DNA from: a phage
NCBI GenBank assembly: GCA_026066175.1
Contig: GCA_026066175.1_4721.2
Length of the DNA: 64,000 bases
Reading direction: 5' to 3' (one strand)
Position numbers and translations under genes: made by a program. Position 1 is the first letter of the stretch, and every line of letters begins with the position of its first letter. The notes beneath the pieces were generated by a model. The model saw nothing but the letters and a program-made list of their open reading frames with translations. It had not been told where the DNA came from and did not search any database. Shown here in pieces: positions 48,765-59,309 of this stretch.

Positions 48765-48791
48765 CTTAAGCAAGGCTAAAGCTTGCTTAAA
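48765..48791. terminator. hairpin cttaagcaag-gctaaag-cttgcttaa overlapping the stop codon of 48787..49317
   Basis: 9-bp inverted repeat with a 7-nt loop, lying between the stop of the 176-aa gene and the start of the highly expressed 47390..48721 gene. Confidence 0.4.
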
Positions 48792-49317
48792 AGCCCTTAA
48801 AACCCGGTGCCATAGGTTGCCCAAACACCGCATTTAAAGTACATATGATGTCCTGGATGCCATTGTCCCAATGGAGCCAAGTACGCACCATCTCTTCGTC
48901 TGACAACGTGATATAACTCATAAGTTTACCGCTGCTTTCCAGACGTTGGTGTGAACTTAACGACTGACGATCTGACCAGTTATCGATCAGCTGTCCTGCA
49001 ATCTGAACGTTCGTGTCCCGTCGACCCGTGTGAATGAACCGTAATGTATCACGGATAAACTCCAGGCTCGCGAAGTTCAGGTTGGGGTTATGGCTGTTCA
49101 TTTCCACCCAATCGGTGATGGGGTACATCAAACGATAAAGGGTAGAAAGTACCTGACGTTCATATTTCCAGTCATCCAGAGGAGTACCATCGACCAGACG
49201 CTGATACAAACTTACCACGTCACGGTCGTAGTTCTCCTGCCGCTTTACACCGTTAACCGGGAAACCAAAGAACCCAGTACCGTATAAAGTTAAAGGTACG
49301 TCACGGAGTGCACTCAT
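48787..49317 (-). CDS. hypothetical protein
   Basis: 176-aa ORF; ATGA start/stop overlap with the upstream gene. Confidence 0.6.
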   Translation of the reverse strand: MSALRDVPLTLYGTGFFGFPVNGVKRQENYDRDVVSLYQRLVDGTPLDDWKYERQVLSTLYRLMYPITDWVEMNSHNPNLNFASLEFIRDTLRFIHTGRRDTNVQIAGQLIDNWSDRQSLSSHQRLESSGKLMSYITLSDEEMVRTWLHWDNGIQDIICTLNAVFGQPMAPGFKGF

Positions 49318-50213
49318 ACAGCCGCCTCTTCTTTTCGTTTGATGTTGTAACGAAGTGTCTTCAGACGGTCTTCATGATATTCGATCTGTTGTTGGATCTT
49401 CGGATCGTTACCCGCGTTCTGTTGCTGTTGCTTCAACGAAAGAATCCAGTATTCCAGCGCTTGCGCTTCTTCTTTAGCCACCTGTAATGCGGCTTCTTCT
49501 TTCTCGCTACGATAGATGCGGAAACGATAAATCCATGAGTTGGTCATCTGTGGGTTCCACATCCCCAGACGCATCGGGTCGGTATTACCTGCGTTGTATA
49601 ATCCGTTACCCACACCGTCTTCATCAGAAACGATGACGTCAGGGATTTTATCCAGACCGGCAAGGATCTGTTGTTTCTGCCCACACAACACTTCGGTAGC
49701 GGTGGCGAAACCGTACATATTCGCTGTCAGGTAAGCGATGTCGTTTTTGGTGAAGAATTCACCAAGGGCTTTATCCCCACCAGGCATACTTTCACAGATG
49801 ATTGTTGCGCGTAGCAGTGTACGAGCATAGCCGACGTAGAAACTCAAAGATTCAACAAGACGTACCAACGCGGCTTCTTTGAAGCTCAACCCGTCAGCGG
49901 CAACATCGATCTCCAGGTTTTTATTCACACGTTTAACGATTTCTGGAATCAGATCAACCGCGTTACGTAACGCGAGATGAACGTTTTCAACCCAGCTGCC
50001 AGAACGCACACGTGTTAAACGTTGATGGAGGTCTTTATCCGCCAGTTTCCATAAGGCGCTTTCCCCTTTCTGAAGAAGGGGTGCGGATGTTTCGTAGTAA
50101 GGGATGGCGGTGTTGCTGATTTCGTCGCGAATCGACTCCAGTGCGTCAGCAACGCCGTTGCGTTTAAACAGCGGTTTTAAACCGCGAATGAATTCTTTAA
50201 AATCGATCGCCAT
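49314..50213 (-). CDS. hypothetical protein
   Basis: 299-aa ORF with ATG start. Confidence 0.6.
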   Translation of the reverse strand: MAIDFKEFIRGLKPLFKRNGVADALESIRDEISNTAIPYYETSAPLLQKGESALWKLADKDLHQRLTRVRSGSWVENVHLALRNAVDLIPEIVKRVNKNLEIDVAADGLSFKEAALVRLVESLSFYVGYARTLLRATIICESMPGGDKALGEFFTKNDIAYLTANMYGFATATEVLCGQKQQILAGLDKIPDVIVSDEDGVGNGLYNAGNTDPMRLGMWNPQMTNSWIYRFRIYRSEKEEAALQVAKEEAQALEYWILSLKQQQQNAGNDPKIQQQIEYHEDRLKTLRYNIKRKEEAAV

Positions 50214-50251
50214 GGATAAGCACCTATGCTATTTCAAAACGGTTTTGTATA

Positions 50252-51358
50252 TCAACGGATCTGTGGGATGTTTCCGGTGCGTAAAGCCTGAAGAATCGCC
50301 AACAAATCGGAACCTGAGGTTGAAGAACTGTTGGCTTTCTCCAGCTGTTTGAAGCTGACGGTGGTTCCCTGATCCATGCTGTGGAAATAGAAGGTCGCCA
50401 TCTCTTCTGCTTCATCGATGATGATCAGCTGCATCGCAAGGGCTTCAGCCATGACTTTCTGACGCACGCTGTAATCCGATAAACGACGTCCGATCTTACG
50501 CTCGATGGCTTCTTGGTTAGCCTTAGAGATGATATAGGTGGAGGCGATGGCTCCAGAAGAAGGGATCTTTGTGCTGGCTGCGGCTTTTGCTGCGTTGATA
50601 CGCGCCGCGTTAACCGCTTTGCGAATACCTTCTTTATCCATACGCGAAATGCGTTTATGCTCACGAACCAGATCACTCAACAGAATGATGTCACTCCAGA
50701 AGGACAGTTCACCCGCCATCATGCGATGCCAGCGTGCACGCCAGGTGTTCTGTGGGCCACCAATCGCGAGAATAGAGGCGAGCACTTCTGCTGGGGAGCT
50801 TGCGATACGCATGCTGATGTTCAACGGCATTTTCATCGTGGCCTGACCATCGGTCAACGTAACCGTCAGGAACTTCCCGGTCACCGCGTTCGCATCTTTG
50901 TTCAGCATTTCAATGGCGGCATCGCTAGCACCGACATCAAGGCTATTTTTCTGTTTTCCTTGTAAGTTAAAGCCTTTCTCATCAAGGAAGACAAGACTTT
51001 TGCTATCCGCGCTTTCGAATGCGATTTTTGCGGCTTTACCGAACAGATCGGCGTTACGATTTGGGTTAACACGACCCAGGGTTTTATCCACGCTGATGTT
51101 ACCGACCTGCATGATGGTATTCAACGCCAACAGATAAAAACCGGTATACATGTTTTCGGCGGTACGCATGCAGTTGCCTAACGCATTGCGTGCGTCGCTG
51201 TAGTACAGTTCACGTTCGAAAATAAGCGGAGCAATGACACGTGACGGTTGCGAGAGTTCAACCAGCGAACCCGGCTGGATAAGTTTATTGACTTCGTAGA
51301 CTTTAGCGATACCGGACGCAACAACGTTAACGGCGTCGGCAATTTCTGATGCTACCAT
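50252..51358 (-). CDS. hypothetical protein
   Basis: 368-aa ORF; SD aaggat; only 35 bp separate its start from the divergent plus-strand gene. Confidence 0.6.
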   Translation of the reverse strand: MVASEIADAVNVVASGIAKVYEVNKLIQPGSLVELSQPSRVIAPLIFERELYYSDARNALGNCMRTAENMYTGFYLLALNTIMQVGNISVDKTLGRVNPNRNADLFGKAAKIAFESADSKSLVFLDEKGFNLQGKQKNSLDVGASDAAIEMLNKDANAVTGKFLTVTLTDGQATMKMPLNISMRIASSPAEVLASILAIGGPQNTWRARWHRMMAGELSFWSDIILLSDLVREHKRISRMDKEGIRKAVNAARINAAKAAASTKIPSSGAIASTYIISKANQEAIERKIGRRLSDYSVRQKVMAEALAMQLIIIDEAEEMATFYFHSMDQGTTVSFKQLEKANSSSTSGSDLLAILQALRTGNIPQIR

Positions 51359-51393
51359 ATTGAAATCCTTAGTTACAAATAAAGGAAAGAAGA

Positions 51394-52602
51394 ATGTCTA
51401 ATTACTACGACCAAGCTATTCAAACCATTCAGGAGAATAATGCGTCGTTAACACCCGAAGCGGTGGAGGCGGCGGGCAACACAGCGTTATTCACTGATTC
51501 GGATTGGGCAATAGCGCGGAAGAATATTCGTACCAGTGTCGGTCAGGGGACATACGAGGACAGTATCGCCAGACGGTATCGAAATGTCTCCCCGATTCCA
51601 GGGAACAGCCCGATTCCGATCAACCGCGATCATGCCGGTATCACCTTCTTTACACGACCCAATTTAAATCTTACCGACGCGAATTTAAAACGCGATCGTC
51701 GCTTATGGTCGTTACGTACGGATAACCCCAATAGTATCCAGGCGGTTGTCCGTGACTATTTAGACCCTGTAGGAGCCAGAAAGCGTAACCATCGAGGACG
51801 TGCCATCGTCGACGAGCGCAATCCATTCATAAGTATACTGACGGATAACCTGACGGATATCAGTGGTTTTAACGACATGGAGATGCAGGTTTATCAAGGT
51901 AAACCCGGATTACGGCAAGAAACCGTGGTGATGGCCGACGGTTCGGTGGATATGTTTCAGCCTTATAATCTTAACGCGACGTTCAAGAACATCATGGGTA
52001 ACCCCATCATGTTCCTTCATTATATTTGGCTGATTTACATTGCAGGCGTGCATAACGGTGAATTGTCGCCAAGCCCGCAGGCCATCATCGATAACGAGAT
52101 GGATTATTGGACACGGTGCTATCGCATCATTCTCGATCCTACTGGCATGTATGTTCGTTACATCTTTGCACCAACAGCGATGTTCCCTGTGGGGCTACCG
52201 ATTGGTAACATGGCCAACTACAGCATTGATAAGCCATTCACGCAGGATAACGAACGTATCACCATTCCGTATCAAGCGGTGGGGAACAACGCGTTCGATG
52301 AAATCCTGAAGGACGAATTCAACCGTTTGGTGTTGATGTTCTATTACGGTGATAATGATACCCGTACGTTCCTTGAGGACGAAGAGGTCGTCCCGATTTC
52401 ACCCTACGAACGTCGGATTATGTCCTATCGTGTCGATATGTATCCCTTCATCCATCCATTAACCTCGGAGCTGCTCTGGTTTGTTCCGGCTGATGACTAT
52501 AATGAATTCTATCTGGATCTTGAACCATCTGCATTACCGCCGGATACGTTCAGTCGCGATCTTGTCCGTACCACTATTCCGCAAAGTTACGAGGGAGAAT
52601 AA
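51394..52602 (+). CDS. hypothetical virion protein
   Basis: 402-aa ORF with SD aaagga; its stop is immediately followed by the ATG of the next gene (taaATG). Confidence 0.65.
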   Translation: MSNYYDQAIQTIQENNASLTPEAVEAAGNTALFTDSDWAIARKNIRTSVGQGTYEDSIARRYRNVSPIPGNSPIPINRDHAGITFFTRPNLNLTDANLKRDRRLWSLRTDNPNSIQAVVRDYLDPVGARKRNHRGRAIVDERNPFISILTDNLTDISGFNDMEMQVYQGKPGLRQETVVMADGSVDMFQPYNLNATFKNIMGNPIMFLHYIWLIYIAGVHNGELSPSPQAIIDNEMDYWTRCYRIILDPTGMYVRYIFAPTAMFPVGLPIGNMANYSIDKPFTQDNERITIPYQAVGNNAFDEILKDEFNRLVLMFYYGDNDTRTFLEDEEVVPISPYERRIMSYRVDMYPFIHPLTSELLWFVPADDYNEFYLDLEPSALPPDTFSRDLVRTTIPQSYEGE

Positions 52603-55596
52603 ATGAGCGTAACCAACAAAGATCTTGCCGAACAGCTCAATCGCTATATGCTCTCACCGATTGAGATGCAAGCTGTTGCAAGTGATATGATTCGCCTGGC
52701 CTCCGACGGAGAATTAACTTTGGTTGACCCAAGCTGTCCGTTTGTGTATCTGTTGGAAGTTGCCACCGCCACAGCCGCCAACCAGAATGCGCGTGATGAG
52801 TCACGGGTGCGCGAACTGTATCCGAAGTTAGCAACGACCTGGAGCCAACTCTACCGTTGGATGTACGATGAGTCTTACGTGGGCCGGTTCGCAACACCCG
52901 GCAAAACCGAAATCATCTATTCATTAGGTTACCAGGAAATCCTTGATCGCGCTGTTGAAATCCCAAGCACCGCCGCATCGAACGATTTAAGTCGTTCTTA
53001 TAGCCGTAAGTTGGTGATTCCACGTACCACGGTGTTTACGGTTGCCGGTATGGATTTTGGGGTGCATTACCCGATTGAGATTCAGGTACAAGCGCACGAT
53101 CAAATACGTGCTGTATATAACACGGATACCATCAGCCCGTTACAAACCCTGGAAAGCAACCAGGTTGAATACGGTGTTGTTCGTGTAAAAGCAGGTAAAG
53201 TGCTGGTGATGCGTATTCCGTTATACCAGTTTAAGACGTTAACGAAAGATGTGCCGTTTAACAGCGTTCACGGGATGAACAGCAGTATCACCTTTGAGGA
53301 TCAATTCTATCATTGTCGTGCGTATATGTCATCGAACAACGATACCTGGACGGAAATCGCAACGACACACAGCCAGCAGATTTACGATCCATTAACACCA
53401 ACCATCGCATTACAGGTTGAAGGCAATACCCTGAACTGGCGCGTACCTGAAATCTACCTTTCTCAAGGGACGATGGATAAAAGCACGATACGGCTTGAAG
53501 TTCTCACCACGAAAGGTAAGATAAGTGTCGATCCGTCCGATTACGATGTAACGGATTGGAAAGATAACTACATCGATCTGTCGCCAAAAGCAGAGCAGAA
53601 ATACAGTGCGCCGTTAAGCGCATTCAACATTAAGGGTATTTACAGCGAAGGTGCGTTGTCAGGTGGGCGATCGGCGCTGACTTTTGAAGAACAGCGCGAA
53701 CGCGTTATGGCGGGTGTGAACAAAACCAAGGTACCGATTACAGGAACGCAGGTGGAACTGGTGTTGCAAGACGCCGGTTACGGGATGGTCACCACGATCG
53801 ATAACGTCACGAATCGTTCGTTCCTGGCAACGCGAGATCTTCCGCAGCTGAGCGACAGCGTACCGCAGGCAGGTTCGTTGATGGGATCTTTCTATACATC
53901 GGCTGCTGCGTTGGTGAAAAGCAAATTCGTTGCGGATAATGGCGATCGTATTACGATTAAACCGGATTGCCTGTACCGGGATAGTAACGGTAACATCACG
54001 TTAATGACAGATGACGAGATCGACCGTATTAATGCCGGGAACTCCGACGTCAAACTGAACGCGGTTAATAATGCGATGGTCATGTATAGCCCGTTCCATT
54101 ACGTGTTGGACGCAACAAGTGATTTTGATATCCATGCTTATTACTTAGACGCACCGAAAATTGGTACGCAAGCGTTTCTTGATGCGAACGAAACCATCCC
54201 ATTAACGGCGATGGTAACCGGTTATCGCCTCGATCGTAATGCTGAAGGATACCGTTTAAATCTTATCGTTGAAGGTAACGACGCGTGGAAAGCGCTTGAC
54301 GATAAGAACGTGCACGTGCAGCTTGCGTTCAACCCGCGCGGTGAAGGTGATTATGCAACGATGGTTGCATCGCCAACCACGGATGAACAGGGTCGTCGTT
54401 TGTTTACGTTTGATATCACGACGAACTACGACTTCACACGGGTGTTGGCTGATGACTCTACAGCGTACGAGCCGTATATCGCATTGACGTCTTTCTCGAT
54501 GTATGAATCCACACCACGCGATTACTGGGCGTCATTACAACAGTACCTGGAAATCTTCCATGTGGTGACGGATTACGCGCCGGAGGACGTTGATGGTATT
54601 CTGCATAGTGCTTCCGACAATTACCTGGTTAAGAAACTGACGCTTCAGAATGGTTATTGCTTCTATCGTGAACGCCTCACCGCAACCTTCGGTTACGATT
54701 TGGACGGTCTCTGGATGCGCTCAAGAACGGTGGCTTCGGAAATCACGTATAAGCGTTACACCGAGAACATTCCGTGGGTATACGAAGAAGATATTCCAGC
54801 TACGGATGAAACAGGTTCGGTGATCATCGAACAAGGTGATGGTGGTACGTTGTCAGTGAAATACCTGCACCGTAAAGGGGATCCGAAATTAAACAGTGAT
54901 GGTAGCCAAGCGTATCGTTATTTGAAAGGCGACATCATGAGAGATAATTACGGGAATCCTATTCCGGTCGATGAACGTGAGGTTCTGCGTAATCTGGATA
55001 TGTTCTTTATTGACGCGTCGTATCTCCTGGCGAACGATACCGACGTTGCAGATTACCGTAACGCGATCCCCACACAACTGATTGAATGGATCCAAAACGA
55101 TATCAGTACCTTCAGAACGTTCTGTTACGAAGAGACCGAGATCTCACTGTATCCGAAACAATCGTTGGGTTACGTCGATGTTATCGTTGAAAACGGGTTG
55201 GAAACCACACTGCCTGCTGCTTTGTCGTTCAACGTGACGTTGTATTTACCGGCGAAGCAATACGCTGACCTGGATTTACGTCAGGTACTACAATCGATGG
55301 TTTCTAAAGTCATCAATGAGTGCTTAACGTCGCGTACGGTAGCAAAAGCAGAGATGATTGCAATGATCCGTGAAGAAGGTGGGGAAGATATCCTGAACGT
55401 TGAAATCGATGATTTCGGTCCAGGTAGGAACCTCAGTGTGTATACGGCGAAGAACGACGGTGTTCGTTGTGCGGTGAAGAAAGAGCTTTACGTGAAAGCA
55501 GATGGTATCTTATCTGTACGTGAAGCGATTGACGTGAGCTTTGTAAAACACGCACAAAGCAACAGTTCTGCATTAGCACAGGGTCTTCGTATCTAA
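52603..55596 (+). CDS. large hypothetical virion protein
   Basis: 997-aa ORF tightly coupled to the upstream gene; ends 20 nt before hairpin copy 8. Confidence 0.65.
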   Translation: MSVTNKDLAEQLNRYMLSPIEMQAVASDMIRLASDGELTLVDPSCPFVYLLEVATATAANQNARDESRVRELYPKLATTWSQLYRWMYDESYVGRFATPGKTEIIYSLGYQEILDRAVEIPSTAASNDLSRSYSRKLVIPRTTVFTVAGMDFGVHYPIEIQVQAHDQIRAVYNTDTISPLQTLESNQVEYGVVRVKAGKVLVMRIPLYQFKTLTKDVPFNSVHGMNSSITFEDQFYHCRAYMSSNNDTWTEIATTHSQQIYDPLTPTIALQVEGNTLNWRVPEIYLSQGTMDKSTIRLEVLTTKGKISVDPSDYDVTDWKDNYIDLSPKAEQKYSAPLSAFNIKGIYSEGALSGGRSALTFEEQRERVMAGVNKTKVPITGTQVELVLQDAGYGMVTTIDNVTNRSFLATRDLPQLSDSVPQAGSLMGSFYTSAAALVKSKFVADNGDRITIKPDCLYRDSNGNITLMTDDEIDRINAGNSDVKLNAVNNAMVMYSPFHYVLDATSDFDIHAYYLDAPKIGTQAFLDANETIPLTAMVTGYRLDRNAEGYRLNLIVEGNDAWKALDDKNVHVQLAFNPRGEGDYATMVASPTTDEQGRRLFTFDITTNYDFTRVLADDSTAYEPYIALTSFSMYESTPRDYWASLQQYLEIFHVVTDYAPEDVDGILHSASDNYLVKKLTLQNGYCFYRERLTATFGYDLDGLWMRSRTVASEITYKRYTENIPWVYEEDIPATDETGSVIIEQGDGGTLSVKYLHRKGDPKLNSDGSQAYRYLKGDIMRDNYGNPIPVDEREVLRNLDMFFIDASYLLANDTDVADYRNAIPTQLIEWIQNDISTFRTFCYEETEISLYPKQSLGYVDVIVENGLETTLPAALSFNVTLYLPAKQYADLDLRQVLQSMVSKVINECLTSRTVAKAEMIAMIREEGGEDILNVEIDDFGPGRNLSVYTAKNDGVRCAVKKELYVKADGILSVREAIDVSFVKHAQSNSSALAQGLRI

Positions 55597-55616
55597 AACA
55601 AATAGCGCAAACATAA

Positions 55617-55648
55617 CCCTCCTCCAACCCGTAAGGGAAGGAGGAGGG
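55617..55648. terminator. conserved GNRA-capped hairpin element, copy 8
   Basis: acataa-ccctcctcc-aa-ccc-gtaa-ggg-aa-ggaggaggg-aatatg between convergent stops (55596 and 55658); identical to copy 1 over ~40 nt. Confidence 0.6.
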
Positions 55649-55657
55649 AATATGCTG

Positions 55658-58600
55658 TTATCTTACGTTATTGCTATTCTGCTGTTCACTGAACCAACCA
55701 TAGACTTTGAGATCGGTACCGTATCTCAGTGCAAGGTATGCGTTCATCGCAGCACAGAACAACGTCGCGTAGTGCCATAAGAGCTCAACATCCATGTCAT
55801 CGGGAGTCTTGGTAAAACCAGCACCTGGTACAAAGCGTGACGGTTCATGCATGAACGTGCGGTACCAGTCGTGCTGTTGTTGTTTCGTCGTGAAATCACG
55901 GTGTGGTTCTAACGCTTCTCTTGCAAGACGACGATACTCGAGAAGATGGTGATTAGCCCGATTATTGCGAGGGTAACTGACTTCGTAGTTAGGATCGACA
56001 GCTTGGCATAGCGCTGTTGAGTCTAATAACTCGATGGCTTTGACTAACTTATCGCTCGCGTTGGTGATGAGCGCCGATCTGTAATACTCGATCGAATTAG
56101 CAAGTTGCGAATAGAAGTCATCTAAGGCATCTGGATTTGATACCTGCAGATCAAGACCTAATGTCCACGGATAGCTGCTTTCATCATTGAGTTGCGGTAC
56201 GACACCCAGGAGATGTTGGCAGATAGCTGCGTGATTATTGAACTGATCGTGGAAAATAGCTCGTGCAACTTCAATCGCATGATGATAACTCAAACGCCGT
56301 TCCTGACGTGTCGTCCTAAATGAGTTAACGGCGAGCAGTCCCGCGGTAGCCGCGCAAACATCAGTGTCGTTGACGTTGTTAAGCACATAGTTACTAAGCT
56401 GGAAAGATTCTTGCTTCAACGTTCCATTGGTCGCCGTTGCTTCGCTATTCGCTTTATCAACGATGGTGCTTAGCGCGTTAATATAACGTTTAGCGCGAAC
56501 TTCCAACCACTGTGCGATCCCAAGCACATCCACAGCCGCTTTAGCAAGGTCACGTGCGTTCACGATTTCGTTCTTCAATGCACCCAGCCCTTTATTTTCA
56601 GGTGAGGAGGCTTGTTGTCGAATCATGCTGTTCAACATGGTAAGCAGGTTATCCAGCTCGTGTCCGCTGACCTTGTTACGTGCGTCAGTAATCGGCCCTT
56701 GCAGGAATTTACGACAACCGTCATTATACCGAATCAGTTTATCCACGTCGATGGATTCGTTCGCGGTTTCCTTGAACTGATTCTTTAATTCTTCACGGTA
56801 GTCGTGTATCTCGCTTGTAAGATTATCAACGGTGATACCATTGTGACCAAGAAGAACTTTACTGAAGTTGCCCTTCTCGAACGCCAGTGCGATGCCTTCA
56901 CGAATCTTAGCCAGCTTATCCTGATCTAACTCACGACCGTTTGACAGTTCTTTCACTTCAGCGCTGATTATTGCTGCAACTGTTCCAAGGTTATCGGTAA
57001 CCCCTTTGAACGTGCTTGACCAAACACTTCCCGCTTCAGCGTATTTTGCGATGGTCTGGATACCGACGCTATGTAGCGACGCTAAACGTTTCTTCGTACC
57101 TTCGGTAAGCAATGCATCTTTAGCTCGCGTAAGTTGACTGTTATTGGCTTCCGCTTGCTGGATGGCCGCTTTCGCATTCCCGTTACGCCAGCTCTTAACC
57201 AACCAATCGACTAAACGTTTCAGGATATTGATGGTATATTCCATCGTACGTCGTAACGTTTCCCACGCGCTTTCAGCGGTATAGATCCCACCAACAGTGT
57301 ACCCTTCCATCTTCAGCGCTTTGGTATCGGTTTGACGTGCCAACCATTCTACCGTCGCAGAACAAACGTTTACGAACGCCTCCAGGTAGTTGTAATAGGC
57401 CTCTGTTGCGGAGGTTTCGTTGAGCTTGGAATGCAGATAAAACTGTTCGTATAGCTCGTCGTCATCACCGAAGGCGTCGTAGTTCCACAGTTCGGTATCG
57501 CAGCCGGTACCACAGAAGACATCCGCCGTTGTAAACTCCTTAAGTGCTTTCGTTGCGTCGTTGGTCAGGAATTTACCTGTCTCAAGTACGTCGTCAACAT
57601 TAAGTCTCGGGAGTTCGTCAGTAATTGGGTTTTCCAGCATCAACGTATTGAAGAACACGCTGTACTTGTATCCAAGCCATTTTGGATAACTGTTTTCAGA
57701 TATCGTAGACGCCGGTTTGATTTTCTTGGCTTCAGCCAACGTGTCTTCTGCAACCTGATATTGGTTTTCCCCAGCTTTGATACGTCGTAATGCTTTTTCT
57801 TCCAACTGTTTGAGTTTGGTGTGCCGTGCTTGAGCTGGAGCCTCAACCAGTTTTTGTACCGACCGCATGGCGGAAATCGCTTCTTTCAATGTGGTGATCG
57901 GCATACGAACTTTACCGTCATCGAAACTCAGCGCGCGAGCAATACGTCGACTTACAACAGGTTCGGTATGGATGTTTCTTTCTACCCACGATTTGTTTGC
58001 GTAGGTTTGCGTGATTTGCTGCTGGATCTTTTCAAGATAGCCCCAGCTTTTGGATGCTTTGCCGTCCAAAAGCGGATTAGGTCCTTTCTTATCAAAAAGC
58101 TTTTTGATAGGATCAAAGAAACCTTCTTGCACGAGATCGATACGGGTGTAACCATCAGCTGCTTCGATTTCTTCTTGGGTTTTATCCCAGAAGTCGTCGC
58201 TCTTTGCAGCAACCGCTGTATCTTTAATGTCCAGGATGATCTGACCCACCGTTTGCGCAAACAGCAAGGCCGCACGTACCGATTGTGCGAACATCCGCTG
58301 ATATTTGATTCGAACGCATTGCATCTGGGTTAGCAGATTCAGTTGCGCGATCCCATCCAAGGTGCTATCTTGAGCAAGTCCTTCAGCCTTAGCGATAACC
58401 TGTTTTACACGTTCAGCGACATCAACGTATTGCTGGCATACATCCCGCAGAATACGTGCTGCGAAGACCCCGGTACCGATATAGTTCAACAGGTCTTTTA
58501 ATGACCATTCAGACGGACAATCGGCTGGTGCGGTAGGGAGTAAGCAACCATCACCGTCCATGAATCGCTCTAATGCGCTAATATCCTGATTTTCTACGCT

Positions 58601-59263
58601 CATGGGGATATCGACATCAGCCGCTTGCAGATCCAGCATCTGTTGTAGGATGTTGGTGTCGGCTTGTACGAGCGTTGCAAGCGCTCGGCTGTGTGAGATT
58701 ATTGGTAACGCTGGTGACCATACTGCAGCAAGCTTGTCGGCGTGACGTTGAATGGCATACCCCATATCCTCGATCACATCGGGATGCTCGATAACCCCCT
58801 GAAGCGTTTGATGCAGCTCACCGAGTTGCTGAGACAGATCGACCATCATGGTGTTGAAGGTTTCGCCATCCTCTTTGTGGTTGTCCAGACGCTCGAGTTC
58901 ATGTTGCAGCAATGCGACGAGCTGTCCGTTGCCTTCTTGCTTCAGCTTGCTTTCCATTAATGTAATGGCTTTATCGACGATCTGACGCGCTTCACGAAAA
59001 CCGGTTGTGGAAGGAAGCTCTGTCCATAACGCCAGCGGTTTACCGTCAAGGGCTTCCGGCATCGATAACGAAAGCATAGTCAGTTGTTGGCGTGATACTT
59101 GCTGTTCACGGTGTAATGTTTCTTTTAACGCCAGGAGATCGTCAAGAAACGCGCCGTTAAGGGCGGTCGTACGCGGTGTTGAATTAATACCGTCAGTTAA
59201 TGATTCAAGCACCAGGAGACCGTTATCAGCTGAAGAGAGTCCCGCGGCAAGATATTTGTTCAT
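55658..59263 (-). CDS. very large, mostly alpha-helical hypothetical virion protein (start revised)
   Basis: ~1201-aa ORF; the ATG at 59263 (MNKYLAAGL...) has SD ggag with an 8-nt spacer. The track start at 59320 would translate through a perfect 12-bp-stem hairpin (59279-59309) and gives a P/G-rich leader. Confidence 0.6.
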   Translation of the reverse strand: MNKYLAAGLSSADNGLLVLESLTDGINSTPRTTALNGAFLDDLLALKETLHREQQVSRQQLTMLSLSMPEALDGKPLALWTELPSTTGFREARQIVDKAITLMESKLKQEGNGQLVALLQHELERLDNHKEDGETFNTMMVDLSQQLGELHQTLQGVIEHPDVIEDMGYAIQRHADKLAAVWSPALPIISHSRALATLVQADTNILQQMLDLQAADVDIPMSVENQDISALERFMDGDGCLLPTAPADCPSEWSLKDLLNYIGTGVFAARILRDVCQQYVDVAERVKQVIAKAEGLAQDSTLDGIAQLNLLTQMQCVRIKYQRMFAQSVRAALLFAQTVGQIILDIKDTAVAAKSDDFWDKTQEEIEAADGYTRIDLVQEGFFDPIKKLFDKKGPNPLLDGKASKSWGYLEKIQQQITQTYANKSWVERNIHTEPVVSRRIARALSFDDGKVRMPITTLKEAISAMRSVQKLVEAPAQARHTKLKQLEEKALRRIKAGENQYQVAEDTLAEAKKIKPASTISENSYPKWLGYKYSVFFNTLMLENPITDELPRLNVDDVLETGKFLTNDATKALKEFTTADVFCGTGCDTELWNYDAFGDDDELYEQFYLHSKLNETSATEAYYNYLEAFVNVCSATVEWLARQTDTKALKMEGYTVGGIYTAESAWETLRRTMEYTINILKRLVDWLVKSWRNGNAKAAIQQAEANNSQLTRAKDALLTEGTKKRLASLHSVGIQTIAKYAEAGSVWSSTFKGVTDNLGTVAAIISAEVKELSNGRELDQDKLAKIREGIALAFEKGNFSKVLLGHNGITVDNLTSEIHDYREELKNQFKETANESIDVDKLIRYNDGCRKFLQGPITDARNKVSGHELDNLLTMLNSMIRQQASSPENKGLGALKNEIVNARDLAKAAVDVLGIAQWLEVRAKRYINALSTIVDKANSEATATNGTLKQESFQLSNYVLNNVNDTDVCAATAGLLAVNSFRTTRQERRLSYHHAIEVARAIFHDQFNNHAAICQHLLGVVPQLNDESSYPWTLGLDLQVSNPDALDDFYSQLANSIEYYRSALITNASDKLVKAIELLDSTALCQAVDPNYEVSYPRNNRANHHLLEYRRLAREALEPHRDFTTKQQQHDWYRTFMHEPSRFVPGAGFTKTPDDMDVELLWHYATLFCAAMNAYLALRYGTDLKVYGWFSEQQNSNNVR

Positions 59264-59278
59264 AAAACACTCCGTTGG

Positions 59279-59309
59279 CCTAGGGGAAGGCTGAAAACCT
59301 TCCCCTAGG
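59279..59309 (-). promoter_or_regulatory. perfect 12-bp-stem hairpin cctaggggaagg-ctgaaaa-ccttcccctagg between two large genes
   Basis: Exact 12-bp inverted repeat with a 7-nt loop, 13 nt after the stop of 59323..62118 and 15 nt before the ATG at 59263; the SD lies 4 nt downstream of the stem. Confidence 0.55.

Noticed and set aside
9339-55648. Possibility that the eight repeated hairpins form a CRISPR array or mobile-element termini
   Set aside because: The copies are 3-11 kb apart with unrelated intervening genes, lie in both orientations and always sit at gene ends; there is no regular repeat-spacer structure and no transposase or cas gene. A terminator-like intergenic element is the better reading.
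9371-55780. Small ORFs starting at the ATG immediately after each hairpin (4-42 codons, for example 55651-55779)
   Set aside because: Lengths and sequences are not conserved between copies, several overlap real genes in antisense, and the SD and ATG are explained by the G-rich stem arm plus a palindromic A/T flank.
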